This document shows positions 24,383 to 35,879 of a stretch of DNA of 64,000 nt, in pieces. Under the pieces are notes generated by a model. The model saw only the letters and a program-made list of their open reading frames with translations, was not told the origin of the DNA and searched no databases. Both the position numbers and the translations under genes were made by a program. The stretch's first letter is position 1, and each line of letters opens with the position of its first letter. This DNA is from Takakia lepidozioides (Eukaryota > Plantae > Bryophyta). The DNA is taken from NCBI GenBank assembly GCA_030704615.1, contig CM060732.1:36084001-36148000 (forward strand). Reading direction: 5' to 3'.

Positions 24383-26392
24383 ACTGTTCATCAACCAGCT
24401 AGCATAGTACACAGGTGAATCTATATTCCCTGTAACATTCTGGGCTAACACCGCTCCCAACGCTTCTCCTGATGCATCACAGTGAACATGGAATACTACA
24501 TGCCAGTGAGGGTTAATCAGCACAGGTGTAGTTGTTACTGACAGTGTAAGTTCCTCAAACGCCTGTTGACATTCAGCTGTCTAGGCAAACACTGCATCTT
24601 TCTTCAGTAGTTTGCTCAATGGTGCTGCTATTTGTGCATACCTTTTGACAAATCTCCTGTAATAACTGGTTTGCCCAAGGAATCTCCGTAGACTTTTAAC
24701 ATTCATTGGTGGTGGAGAGGCTTTAATGGACTCTGTCTTTCTGGGAGCCACAAGGAGTCCCTTCTTACACACAATGTGTCCCAGAAGCACCCCTGAGTTC
24801 ACACAGAAAGTACACTTCTCTGGATTCAGGCCCAGACCTCTCATCCTGCATCTGGCCAAACATAACTCCAATTTATGCAAATGCTCATTCTTAGAGCTGT
24901 ACACACTGAAATCATCCAAGAATACCTGCATGAAATCATCCAGATACTCATGAAAAGATTCACTTATCACTCTCTGAAAGGTCGCTGGTGCATTACAAAG
25001 TCCAAAGGGCATGACTTTGTATGCATAAGCCCCCCAGTCTGTGATGAAAGCTGTTTTCCCTTGGTCTTCTTCTGCCATTTGCACTTGATTATAACCACTG
25101 AAGCCATCTATGAATGAGTACATCTCATGGCCTGCCACAGTGTCTAATACTGCTTCTGTGAATGGCAAAGGGAAAGGATCTTTCTTCGTACAAGCATTCA
25201 GCTTCTTATAGTTCACACATACTCTTAGTTTGCCATTCTTCTTGGGAACTATAACAATGGGTGACAACCAAGTTGTATACTCTATTGGGTATATAAACTT
25301 AGCCTCAGCCAACTTCTTTATCTCTTCTCCAACCTTCTGTGCGTAGTTGGGATTCATTCTATACCCCGCCTGCTTGATTGATATTGACCCTGGTTCCAGT
25401 TCAATCTTATGCTGACAGACTTCAGGTGGTATCCCTTTTAGATCCTCATAGCTCTAAGCAAATACATCTCTGTATTTGATGAACAAGCTTTTAGCTTCTT
25501 CGAAGAATTCCGGCTCCAAATCAGCTCCTACTTTCACCATCCTCGGTTCCTCTTTAGTTCCCACATTCACTTCCCTCACCTGCTCATCAGCTGTGATTGT
25601 CCAACCAGTCACCACTTCATCCTGTAAGCTCACAGTGGCTGGTTCTTCTAGGATTTCTATTTCTCCTTCTCTTTCTTCATAGAAATGTGATGGGTAAATG
25701 CTGGTTTCCTCTTCAGTTGGTGTTGCTATCACTACACCACAGCAGATACCTCTCAAACAACTTAGGCTTTCCAGCCGCATCTCTGCAACCTGCTCTCACT
25801 CTGGGTGTGCAGCAAATAGGGTAGCTTCCTGCTCCTCATCCAGTCCTCCTTTCCAGTCATACTCTCTGACTCCTCGAGGTCTTCTTGTAGCAGGTAATCT
25901 ACTAGATTTCTTTGTGGTAATTTGTATCTCGTGTATCCCATTATACACGGTTAATAACTGAGAATTCCAGTCATGGAATACCCTGGCCTGTTTCAGCCAC
26001 GGACGTCCCAATAATAAGGAGTAAGCCTCCATGACTTCATCCATTTTCAACACAGTTACTGTGATCATAAAGATCATCTTCTGTATCTGTATCTTAACTC
26101 CTCTTATTAATCCCAATGGCTGTACACTTCTTTGATCTGCCATTGTTACTGTAAATGGGGCTGGTTTCATGTTAGTTAGACCAAGCTTCTTCCTTAATTG
26201 GTCTGTCATGATATTTACTCCAGAACCACCATCTATCAGTACATCAGTTAGTTCTGTGCTTCCAATTCTCAATTGGATTACTGGCATAGAATCATCAAAG
26301 TCCATGACTGTTTCTCGCCCTTCCGGCTTCACATTATAACTGGTCACCTTGCTGTTCAGGTCTGTGTTTCCTGTCTCTTGGCGGTCAATAAC
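24383..26392 (-). pseudogene. Inverted pol segment: aspartic protease, reverse transcriptase and N-terminal RNase H
   Basis: VLIDGGSGVNIM; WLSPIVIVPKKNGKLRVC, MPFGLCNAPATFQR, VFLDDF; HCDASGEALGAVL...PVYYAS. Stops at 25796, 25454 and 24581 fall where Trp is expected. Confidence 0.93.
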
Positions 26393-26393
26393 A

Positions 26394-27882
26394 AGGCTTG
26401 GAGGGAAGCTAATAATCTGGCTGCTGCCTATGCGAAGTTGGTTGAACCTCAGGCGAAGCGCATGGAGGCTTTACAATAACAGTTAGAAGTGTACAAGCTA
26501 AGAGAGGAGCAAACTCTCAGGAGAACCACAAGCAACTTGGTGGATAACAGCCTTATGCAGGTCTGGTTAGCACAAGGGCCAGTAGAGGGCAAAGCACCAC
26601 GAAAGCTCACCCAAAGCGAGATGAATGAGCTCAGGCTGCAGGTGCAGAACATTGCCACAACTACTATAGACAATGTCTATAGTAGGATAGCAGAGTTACA
26701 AGAGGATGTAGACTGCAGACTCAAGTGGAGGACCTCACTTCAAACATCGACAAAAGAGTCTATATCCCTCAGGAACAGCTAATGGTTTCTTATTTACAAG
26801 CCAGAACTTTGGCTTTTCAGTCTTCACAGGAGGTGCAGGAGATGCCAATGATACAAGAGCCAGTACCACCACCACCACAACAAGTCACTGTACCAGTAGC
26901 TGAACCTATGGTTACTACAACCACACCACAGCCACCACAGACTGAGGTATGGGGCAATGCTGCTTTTAACCCACCTAAAACTCCAGCTGCAAGGGAGTAC
27001 AGTAGGGCTATGATTATGCCCTTCAACCAAATTCCCATCATGTTGGATTTGGCTTGGAAAGAATTTAGTCCTCCGCAGTCATTCGCACATTACTACCAAA
27101 TCATGCGTATTTGGCTGCCAGTGGCAACTAGGACTAAAGTTCTTCCGAACAATCGACATATTGAAGATCATCACTTTGCACAATACTGGCACGAGGCAGG
27201 TACCATGTTGAGGGAATTGATTGCTTTCCAGGTTGTACATGGACTCATTTATACCAAGACCAAGGAGGTAGCAAGTATTGTCATGGGATGCGGGTTATAC
27301 TACGCTGCTTGTTTTCTGGTACGTTACCACATTGAACAACAAAAGATGCAAACACGCTTTCTGAGTTATTCCAGTGGAGATCATTGGGTATTACCTTCGG
27401 TGCCACCTCATATGTACCTATATGACCCAAAAGTTATGATGCAAAAGGATTCTCAAATTCGTTCATGGTTTCAAGCGGCCTGGAACAATTTGTCAACACA
27501 GAAATTCGGCATTGATGATATTTTCTATAAGGGACATGTGGCATGGAAATACTTGCACGCTGCACCAGTAATTGGTACCCCACTCACCTGGACAGACAAG
27601 GAGCTCAGTGTCTACACCAATTTTGCTGTTCAGCGGTTACACCAAGTTGTAAAATATAAACTTCCAGACATGGTAGGACAGCATTGTATGCCCCAGATGA
27701 TTCCACAAAAAGTTCGAAAATTAAAACACCTGAGAGGTGATGAGGATTCTGATACAACTGTTTCTACACCGAATTCTTTTGACATGGGAGAAGACTATGC
27801 AATTCAGATGGCGGAGAAGAAGAGACGGGGGGAGGAGAGGGAGCGAATCTATTGGGCCTACAAAAAACCTGATGATATATGA
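26394..27882 (+). CDS. Extra 3' ORF of the retroelement, unknown function (coiled-coil, Pro/Thr linker, globular domain); one stop and one frameshift
   Basis: Contiguous ORFs ~26394-26782 and 26725-27882 (385 aa) on the gag strand, immediately after the inversion breakpoint. Confidence 0.6.
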
Positions 27883-28059
27883 ATTAATTATTTCGAGGCA
27901 TTACAAAAATCAATGGCTAGTGTGATGGTAAAGAGCAACTTGTGATGAATGTGAGGTTTGGAGTTCAAATCTTGGTAGGTGACATTGTGGCGGTAATGTG
28001 TGTTAATTATAAATATATATTTTGTTTGAGGAGGGTTTGAAGGTTGGAGTTCGCCTCTT

Positions 28060-28499
28060 GGAGTCCGTTGTTGGTTAGTCCGCTCGTCAATTGCTAGTCT
28101 GCTGGTGAGTCCGCTCGCCAGTCTGCCGGACTGAGTTTGCCGCTCGCCAATCGCCAGTCCGCCGGTCAGTCCGCTCGCCACTCGCGAGTGTGCCGGTCGG
28201 TCCGCTCGCCAATCCGCTGGTCAGTCCGCTCGCCAGTTGGAGTCAGTCTATTGAGGGTTTGGCCAATCCGCTAGAAGGTCCGCCGCCGTTAAAGAACTAG
28301 GACTTAGAAAAAATTCAGAATCTAGAGCCCTGGGTTTGGCCAATCCGCTAGAAGGTCCGCCGCCGTTAAAGAACTAGGACTTAGAAAAAATTCAGAATCT
28401 AGAGCCCTGAAGGGGGGTGGGTTCATGAGCTCACCCCATGGGCCGTACTGGCGGGGCCCATAGGTGCATTCAAGTCCCAATTATTAAAAAATGAGAGGC
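28060..28499. mobile_element. Solo right end of a sister MULE family, including a perfect 77-bp tandem duplication (28255-28408)
   Basis: The reverse complement GCCTCTCATTTTTTAATAATTGGGACTTGAATG resembles the 6575 TIR. AGTCCGC/AGTCTGC array at 28060-28250. Confidence 0.75.
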
Positions 28500-28670
28500 A
28501 TACATATATAATATAATATATTAACATGACATAAATTCTTATACATATAATACATAGTAATAAGTTAATAAGTACACATTACACTCAGCAGTTCAATTAG
28601 AATTGTCCATTTGCAGCTGAGGTGAATTGTTAAAAAATTGATTTAAAAATTTGAATTGTCAGTTGCGCAA

Positions 28671-29225
28671 TCAATGTATAAAGCGAGGTAGTGTGTTTGT
28701 TTGTTTGTTTTGTAGCGTTGAGATCTCCCAAAACGCGGGGCTAGCCCTAGTGCTTGGTACCGTTGGAAAGCCCTCGATGAGGAGGGGTGCACCGACTTGG
28801 TCTCATAATTTTTGGACATGAGGTGTGGAAGATATGGAGTTTCAAGTACTTTTGGTCGCTGGAAATTCGTGCTTGGAACAATGATTGGACATATTATTAC
28901 TCAATAAACTCATGGAGCAAAATAAATTGGTTTTTTCAATATATGATTGTATATATATAGGTATTAATATAAACTTCTAACTCTTTCACCAAATTCCAAT
29001 CTCTAAATCACATGACATTTTTGTTCATGTTTACAATATTCTTTAAACATTAGTTCATTCATGTACCACACATTCTTTGTAACTAACAAAACATCTAACT
29101 TCATTTTAGTATATCGATTTCAATTCTTCATACATGGCCTCGACATAGGAGATGCACTTGGCTACATAGGGGATTGCACTTGGACTTCGACTGGACACTT
29201 GGGCCAACGGCACAGACGACCCTAG
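28671..29225 (+). mobile_element. Non-autonomous Helitron, 555 bp
   Basis: 5' TC, 3' CTAG, inserted between A and T with no TSD. Removing it restores GTTGCGCAA|TTCAATTGA, which occurs intact at ~29270-29287. Confidence 0.85.
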
Positions 29226-30912
29226 TTCAATTGAACTAGGCATGTGTTTTTGATAATTCAATTGAAAGTGTTGCGCAATTCAATTGAGCTGCGCCTGTGT
29301 TTTCGGTAATTCAATTGAATTGTGCGGTATGTGTAAACGCATTGCAAATCATTGCCTTTTTGAGATCCCCTGTCGGTTATGGACATTGGTGCGACAGCAT
29401 TGAGATTATATGCCCCCACTGCGGGCGAATGACGAGCGGCCAAGTAGCTAAAGGGGGCTCACAGACATTAGACTCCAAGGGCCCAATTGTCACATTATTT
29501 GTGGGGTGACAAGCTCTTGCTTCCAGTGAAGGGCCCAAGTTGATGTGAATATATCAAAGGGGAAGAACGTGGTCACTTTCGTGCTGAGCATGCCCACCTG
29601 GGGCCGGGTCCGTCGTGAGAGCGCAGTGCCGAGAAAGGTGAAGGTGAAGGTGTGGGCCACCGAAAAACAGCGAAAAGGATGGAAACTCTGGTCAACAACC
29701 TGAAGGAACAAGTCTTCCGGACTGAGAAACACCCGAGTCAGTAGAGATGAGAGGTAAAAGATCAACAAGCTAACAATCACGTGCTGATGATCGGTGTAGG
29801 TACATACAGATGATCAGGCTTTGGCAGAAATCAGAGTGCCTGCCATCATTTACTCTCGACACCTAGGTACTCTCAAATCTGGATTTTTCCGTGAAGTGAG
29901 CTGCTTACGCCACGATGAACGCTCCCCCAACAAGGAGAAAAAGGAAGAGAGAGTTAAGACATTCCCACGAGGGTATCTTCCTCAGAATCGGTATGATGAT
30001 GCGAGTGATGACGAGGAAGTGATGTGTGGTGACATACGGTGCTGACAGGAACATTGGAGGTTGAAGTCGGAGCTGCACGGACGAGGTCATGCTGACGTTT
30101 GGAACTGATGCGCGGAGGCCTATCTTATTGCACGTTTCCTTTGAAGCGCCGCCCATCCCGAGATGGCCGTCACTTGAAGCTTCTGCACCGGTTTTCCACC
30201 TAGGCCTCCCTGCCTCAAGATTTTCCCAACGCAAGATCCCTTGTTGTGCACGATTCTACCACGGTCCTAACCGGCAGACTTTTCTAAGGACTCCTTGGGG
30301 CTATCTCTCTCGTTTCTCGACTCCATATTTAGTTTCTCTCTCTCTCTCTCTCTCTGCCCCTCCTCTGTGGGAAGACATTAGGTACCAGCTTGCACTGCAT
30401 ATACCTTCTGTGCATGTAAATGTTTTCGGCCAAGCTCTTTGGTCCCAATCGCAACCCTTGACGAGTCTTTCAGGTGTCCAGAAGCTTTAATTTGCCAGCT
30501 TTCTTTCCTTGGGAGGAGTCGAGTGATCTGGTGCTGTGTGAGTGTAAGATTGCAGAATTTCTGTGCAGGCAGATGAGTTAATGTCGAATTCTGCTCCAAG
30601 CTGTTGTGTTTAGTGCTCATTACGGCAGTTGGTAGTGGATTCTATTTTACGTCCATACAGTGTCTATATCTTAGGAAAACTCATACATTCCAGGTAAACG
30701 AAGGGAAAGCATGGGATGAGGCATTGACAACATACGGATCCCAACGTAGCCCAGCCGGAAGCAGGTGCACTAGCTAAGAGTGACTGACCCCATTTCTCAG
30801 TCGGGCCACCTGCACACAATCAACCTCAATCCCCTGCGGAGGGTTACAACCTCTAATATTTGACGACAAGCAGCTCAGCACTAGACACTCATTGAATTCA
30901 GGCACCTATCAA

Positions 30913-32852
30913 ATGGGTCGAAGCCCCTGCTGCAAAAAGTTTGCGGTAAATAAGGGACCTTGGACTGAAGCCGAGGACGCGCTGCTGGCTTCCCACATTA
31001 GAACTCATGGGGAAGGCTGCTGGCGAACTCTCCCTAAGGCAGCAGGTATTTCCTCACTTTAGAAGTAAATTTCATGATATGGCAGGTGCCCACTTGTTCC
31101 CAGATGCTTAAGGCCAGCTCATATTTGGTCCCAATGCATGCATACATACCTTACAGATAATCTGATGGCTATTACAGGGCTCATGCGATGCGGAAAGAGC
31201 TGTAGGTTGCGATGGATCAATTATCTTCGTCCTGACCTCAAGCGAGGCAACATTTCCCCCGATGAGGATGATTTGATCATTCAGTTGCATGCTCTTCTCG
31301 GAAACAGGTGTGTCACGCTAATCTCACACAGTTGGTGTGCTCTAATTTTTCACTCGGTATACTACTGATCATTGAGCTGTGTCATCTAGATAGATATTCC
31401 TGCCATAAGCTGCAACTGATATTGATGATTTCACCTGCCAAAAACTAGCATTCAAGAAATCTTGCTGTATCAGTGACGAGGATTTGGGATGGTTTGGGAT
31501 ACCGGTTTAGCGTGATCCTGTTATTTATAAGGTTATGATTCGTGTGCTGCAGGTGGTCACTAATCGCTGGCCGCCTGCCTGGCCGCACTGACAATGAGAT
31601 TAAAAACTACTGGAATACCCATCTGAAGAAAAAGTTGTGCAGCATGGGCATGGATCCGTCCAACCATAAACCGTTCACACCTTACTACAATTCGAAGCAG
31701 CTGGTTCCCGACTTGCAACGACAAATCCCTGAGGGAGATAGTGGGGGATGCAACTCTGACATCAGCAGTCCACAACAAAGTTACCTTGCAGAGCATGCGG
31801 AAGACGATGTGCGCCCAGAAGCTGCCACTGCGGTTGCACCTTTCAGCAATGTGGCCACCATAGACAGCGAAAATTACTTGGAGTCAACAGAAGACTGTGA
31901 GGTTCCAATGCAACTGAATGAGGAGTCAAGTCCAGACTCAACGCTTGACGAGGGTGACATGGAAAAACCATCAGACCAACCCAGCTCTCCAATTAGTGTT
32001 CTCTCAGAATGTGAAAACTATGGTTCTGAAGAGTGGGATCACAACAACATTAAACGCATTGTGCGTCCAGGACGACATCATCGAGATTCAAGTACCAAGT
32101 TAGTTGTTGCAACAGAAATGTTAACCCCCTCTCTCAACTCTTTCTCAACCATATCAAGTTCTGCCGGCAGTTTTGCACATCCACTGTCCCCTCAATCACA
32201 GTGTGTTAACCAGGCTTGCAGTTCCCCGGCAGCCGAAGCACTACAGGAGTTTTGCAGCAGATCATGTTCCTCAACAGTCAGTACAACGACCACAGATTCT
32301 ACGATCGAACCTGGAAGTTCTCCGAGTCTATCAGAGCACGACTGTATGCAGGAGAGTGAATCTGTGTGGAGCTCAATCGATGCTGCTCTAGAATTAAGTG
32401 TGCCTCGAGACGAAGATGGTCTTGTAAAGTTGCAGGATTTCTTTTATGCCAATCAACAATCTATTAGGATTAGTTCTCCACTATATAGTAGCGGTTTCAA
32501 CACAAGATTAGATTGGCAAGAGGGCCTGAATGTGGGGATCCGAACAATGAGCCCTTTTGCTATTAACGAACTTGGCGCCTTGTCCTATGATGCTGATGAT
32601 AACAACAAATCTATCTATAACCCAGCTAGTGAAGGTAGTAAAGTAGAAAACTCCTCTTACACTCCCGTGGATCACGCAAGCAACAATGCAAGGTCTTCGG
32701 TAGAAAACTTCAGTTTTGATATGTGGCATGAGTATCACCAAGAAAACACTACGAGCGCTCCACCTTTAGGACTGGATATTCCAGTGTCCTACCATGGGTC
32801 ACCAGCTATAGCACCTCTCTTGAGTGCTGATCTATGGGATTTGATAAGATGA
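30913..32852 (+). CDS. R2R3-MYB transcription factor (exons 30913-31045, 31178-31307, 31553-32852)
   Basis: [14 protein letters not shown] / [26 protein letters not shown] / [28 protein letters not shown]. Canonical 133 and 130 bp first exons with GT-AG introns. Confidence 0.96.
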
Positions 32853-34333
32853 CATCCATAGAGCAACGATATAGGTAGTTGTCCCTGGAGATTCCTCATA
32901 GATAGCTACAATTGAGATTCAACACAATTGTAGTGCTCACTGCCTCATCCTTTTGAATCTTTTTCGCCTCAGGCTGACGACCTTCCCAAACTGTGTGCTT
33001 TGAATGCTGCTGCACATGATGTTTTAGTATGTACATGATAAATTCAAGTTTCTTTCAAGCTAGTCTTGTATCAACATTTTGTTGTCAAATGTACCCAGCA
33101 TATATAATAAAATATCCATGCCCTTGAACATTGTGTTTGCATGTGTTTCTTCTTCATACAGTGACCAAGTTATGGCCTTCGCTTTCACCAAAACACTACC
33201 ACTGTTTGTTAAAGAAAAGTCAAGAGACAAATCGTAAATTCTCATACCTTTGTGATGCATCATTGTCTCCAGCTAGGCTAGTTCATCAAAGTGTGTACAC
33301 TTCCATCCTAGAGAATCTACAGATGTGGGGGCCCCGTTCCTGTGTAAGCCTCAAATTCTTCTTCTTAACTTCGGTCACGTTGGCGTTATAGATATATATG
33401 TATGTGGAATTCGCTCGGAATTCGTTTTTCAGCTTTGATCTTGCATTTCTGATTAGTGCAGGATGCAACAGCACTTCGTGCATTGTGTACGGTTTTCCTC
33501 CTTATGGGTTTCCCAATGCTGAGAGGTTTGTCCCTCCTGCAACTATGGGTGTTGCATTTATGAGGATATTTTCTTAGTTGTGGTTCAGCTCACGGAGCTC
33601 GGGTTCTTGTGGGGGCCAAAGCATCACTCACGTATGGGATGCATGATTGTGTCTCTCTTACTGTCTCATAGTTCATGGAAGTCTGTACACTTCCATCCCT
33701 AATCATGTAGAGATGCTATACGTTTTGATTCTTTGGCATACAGGTAATTCCATGGCAGCGTGCTTCAATCTGGCCTGTTCAGCTGCGAAGTTAGGCAATC
33801 TAAGGCATGTGTTGTGCGGCATGGGTGGTATAAAGTTAAGCCCTGATCATGAGTTGAGGGTCTACAGGGCTGCAGCTGCACTTTTGGTGTACTGGAAGTG
33901 CAGTCATATGTCCAAGGTGGAAGGGTTCTTATCAACGTCTTTGCAAGTCCACAATTGGGTTTCTAACTAAGATTGTGGATAAAAGAAGAACACATGGTGT
34001 GGTGTTGGTCGACTTCGTGGAGAGGGACATGTGATGGCCCATAATCAACTTCTTCATGTTTCTCCTGATGAATTGATGGTGCCGCCATCTGTTATGTATA
34101 GAGCGGTGGAAGGCTACTGTAACTTTCTACTCTAGTATACCGTTGCAGATACTCTTAATTAGGGAGTGACGTTGATCCCTGCAACTTAGATATGCCTACC
34201 TGGCTGCGGACCTGTGGAGCCTTGACGCGTGTTGATGACTTGGATATGACTTGAGTAAAAGGTTTCGAAATTGAGGAGGTATTTTGGGGGGGGTTCAACT
34301 CCTGTGTACATGGTGGTGTGTAGATGGCTGTAC

Positions 34334-34697
34334 GAGAGAGGATGAGTGATGGATGTGGAGAGGCTGTACAGGTTCTCTGCATAGCTGAACTAAGGCTGTG
34401 GAGCGTCCTCTATGTGTGTTCCCCTCCTCGTCGCGTGGCTGGCCTTACCGAGCTACATTCCCCTTATACTAACGCACTCGGAGAGGAAGGCGAACCCTAG
34501 CCCTAAGCATGTTTTGAGCATCACAGACAACTGACTCATGTTGGCACGGAGGTCCATGGACGGTCTTGTTCTCCTCCCCATTGAGCTCCTCAACTCTACT
34601 CTCATCATCGAGTACACATCTGTAGACTCAAGGACAAAGATTGGAAGTGGAGGTCGGAGAGACGAGGAAGGCAGATGTGGCGTCAAGGCCCAGAGAG
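34334..34697 (+). repeat. Dispersed direct repeat, copy 1 (copy 2 at 40184-40587)
   Basis: Long near-identical blocks, e.g. ctcctcgtcgcgtggctggccttaccgagctacattccccttatactaacgcactcggagaggaagg. Confidence 0.9.
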
Positions 34698-34774
34698 ACC
34701 AGAGACCAGGCAAAACAGGCTGAAATAGGTCGAAGAAGAAGGTGCCCTCACCACATTGTCCTTGACCTTGTGTC

Positions 34775-35077
34775 ATGACCCGTGGAGGATTTGACCGACC
34801 ATCAACCCAAGAAAGACCTCTTGTGTGTGCTGCTTGTGTCTGTAGTCAGGTAATGTTGGATTGGTCTGTGAGAACCACCACGGTGCAGCTGAGCAGGCAG
34901 AGATTGAAACACGGCCTGCTAAGACCAAGCTGACTCTCCCAAGAACCTTGTAAGCCCACATTTGCAGGATGGACAAACTTCTTCACATCGTACATTAAGA
35001 AAAGCCATACCTTGCGATTGCGGTTGTGCCACCATCGTGAAGGATCTTTAGAATACTCATGCCAGATCTGCTTCGTG
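34775..35077 (-). pseudogene. Fragment of an OSB-like (organellar ssDNA-binding) PDF motif in two exons
   Basis: ag|KQIWHEYSKDPSRWWHNRNRK|gt (35077-35011), then ag|TNPTLPDYRHK.. (from 34865) with a frameshift to WVDGRSNPPRV. Compare the PDF consensus W..F..P..WWDNR..K.NP..PDFKHK.....LW......P.WV. Confidence 0.7.
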
Positions 35078-35879
35078 CTGCAAATTAAGGGCCGAGTCTG
35101 ATGAGAGGGCAAAACAGGCTGAAATAGGTCGAAGAGGAAGGTGCCTTAGTCACCACATTGTCCTAGAGTTCCTGCTATCACGATGCTTTGGCACTAGAAG
35201 ACGCAGACCCCAAAAAACATTAAGTCCTAGCCTTGCACACTGCCACCTAGCAACCCTAAATGCACTCAGTCATTCATCCATGTCCTCTTGTCATTCATCC
35301 ATGTCTTGACCTTGCATCATGCATAATAGTCAGAGTCATGAAGTCATATGTGCGTCTAGCCATGTGCACACATCATTCGGGTATAGTGGTGTCCGTGACT
35401 AGTAGCTGTTATATCCGCAATGTCAATATTTGTGGTCAAACATGTTTGACCTATGTTGAGCAGAGTGTGGAGTCATACAGTCGCATATACGACTTCCCCA
35501 GATCTACGTGTCAACTGCAAAAGGCTTTCACGACTGCATATGGTATTTCGAAGACAAATCTGCCATGACTGCACACAAATGGCAGTAAGGAAAACCACAA
35601 TCTGTTGTAGTGGATGAGGATGAAACATTTGAGCGCGCACCTAGACTACCCGGACTATAACGGCCCCTTTGTTTCTTGACAGTACTAGATTCAGATTGAC
35701 TTCTTGGTATTTCACTCTTTGAGTAGTTCAATATAGTTAAAATGCGATGACTGCCGCTGCTTCTGTTATTGATCACTGAACCATAACGATAGTAGGTGAC
35801 TCTCATAAGAAATCTATGGAGTTGTAGATAGTTCAAGTGTAGTTGGAGAAGAGGCTATGAAGTAGTGGAACAGAGAGAA

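Larger units (their letters stand above)
20469..27900 (+). mobile_element. Rearranged, 3'-truncated Ty3/gypsy LTR retrotransposon (non-chromovirus Athila/Tat/Phygy-like RT)
   Basis: Putative 5' LTR from TG at 20469 containing a CACAGC/GTCACAG array (20610-20750). Gag on +, PR-RT-partial RNase H inverted, extra 3' ORF. No integrase or second LTR seen. Confidence 0.85.

Noticed and set aside
22419-26392. Opposite-strand gag and pol as a natural ambisense or DIRS-like design
   Set aside because: Both junctions cut mid-domain and rejoin into a normal gag-pol when the segment is flipped. No tyrosine recombinase is present.
6575-28499. Pairing the 6575 TIR with the 28499 end as one 22-kb element
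   Set aside because: The 16787 end matches far better and has a matching 9-bp flank; the 28500 flank (ATACATATA) does not match.
29340-30650. Several short ORFs upstream of the MYB gene
   Set aside because: No recognisable domain or consistent exon structure.
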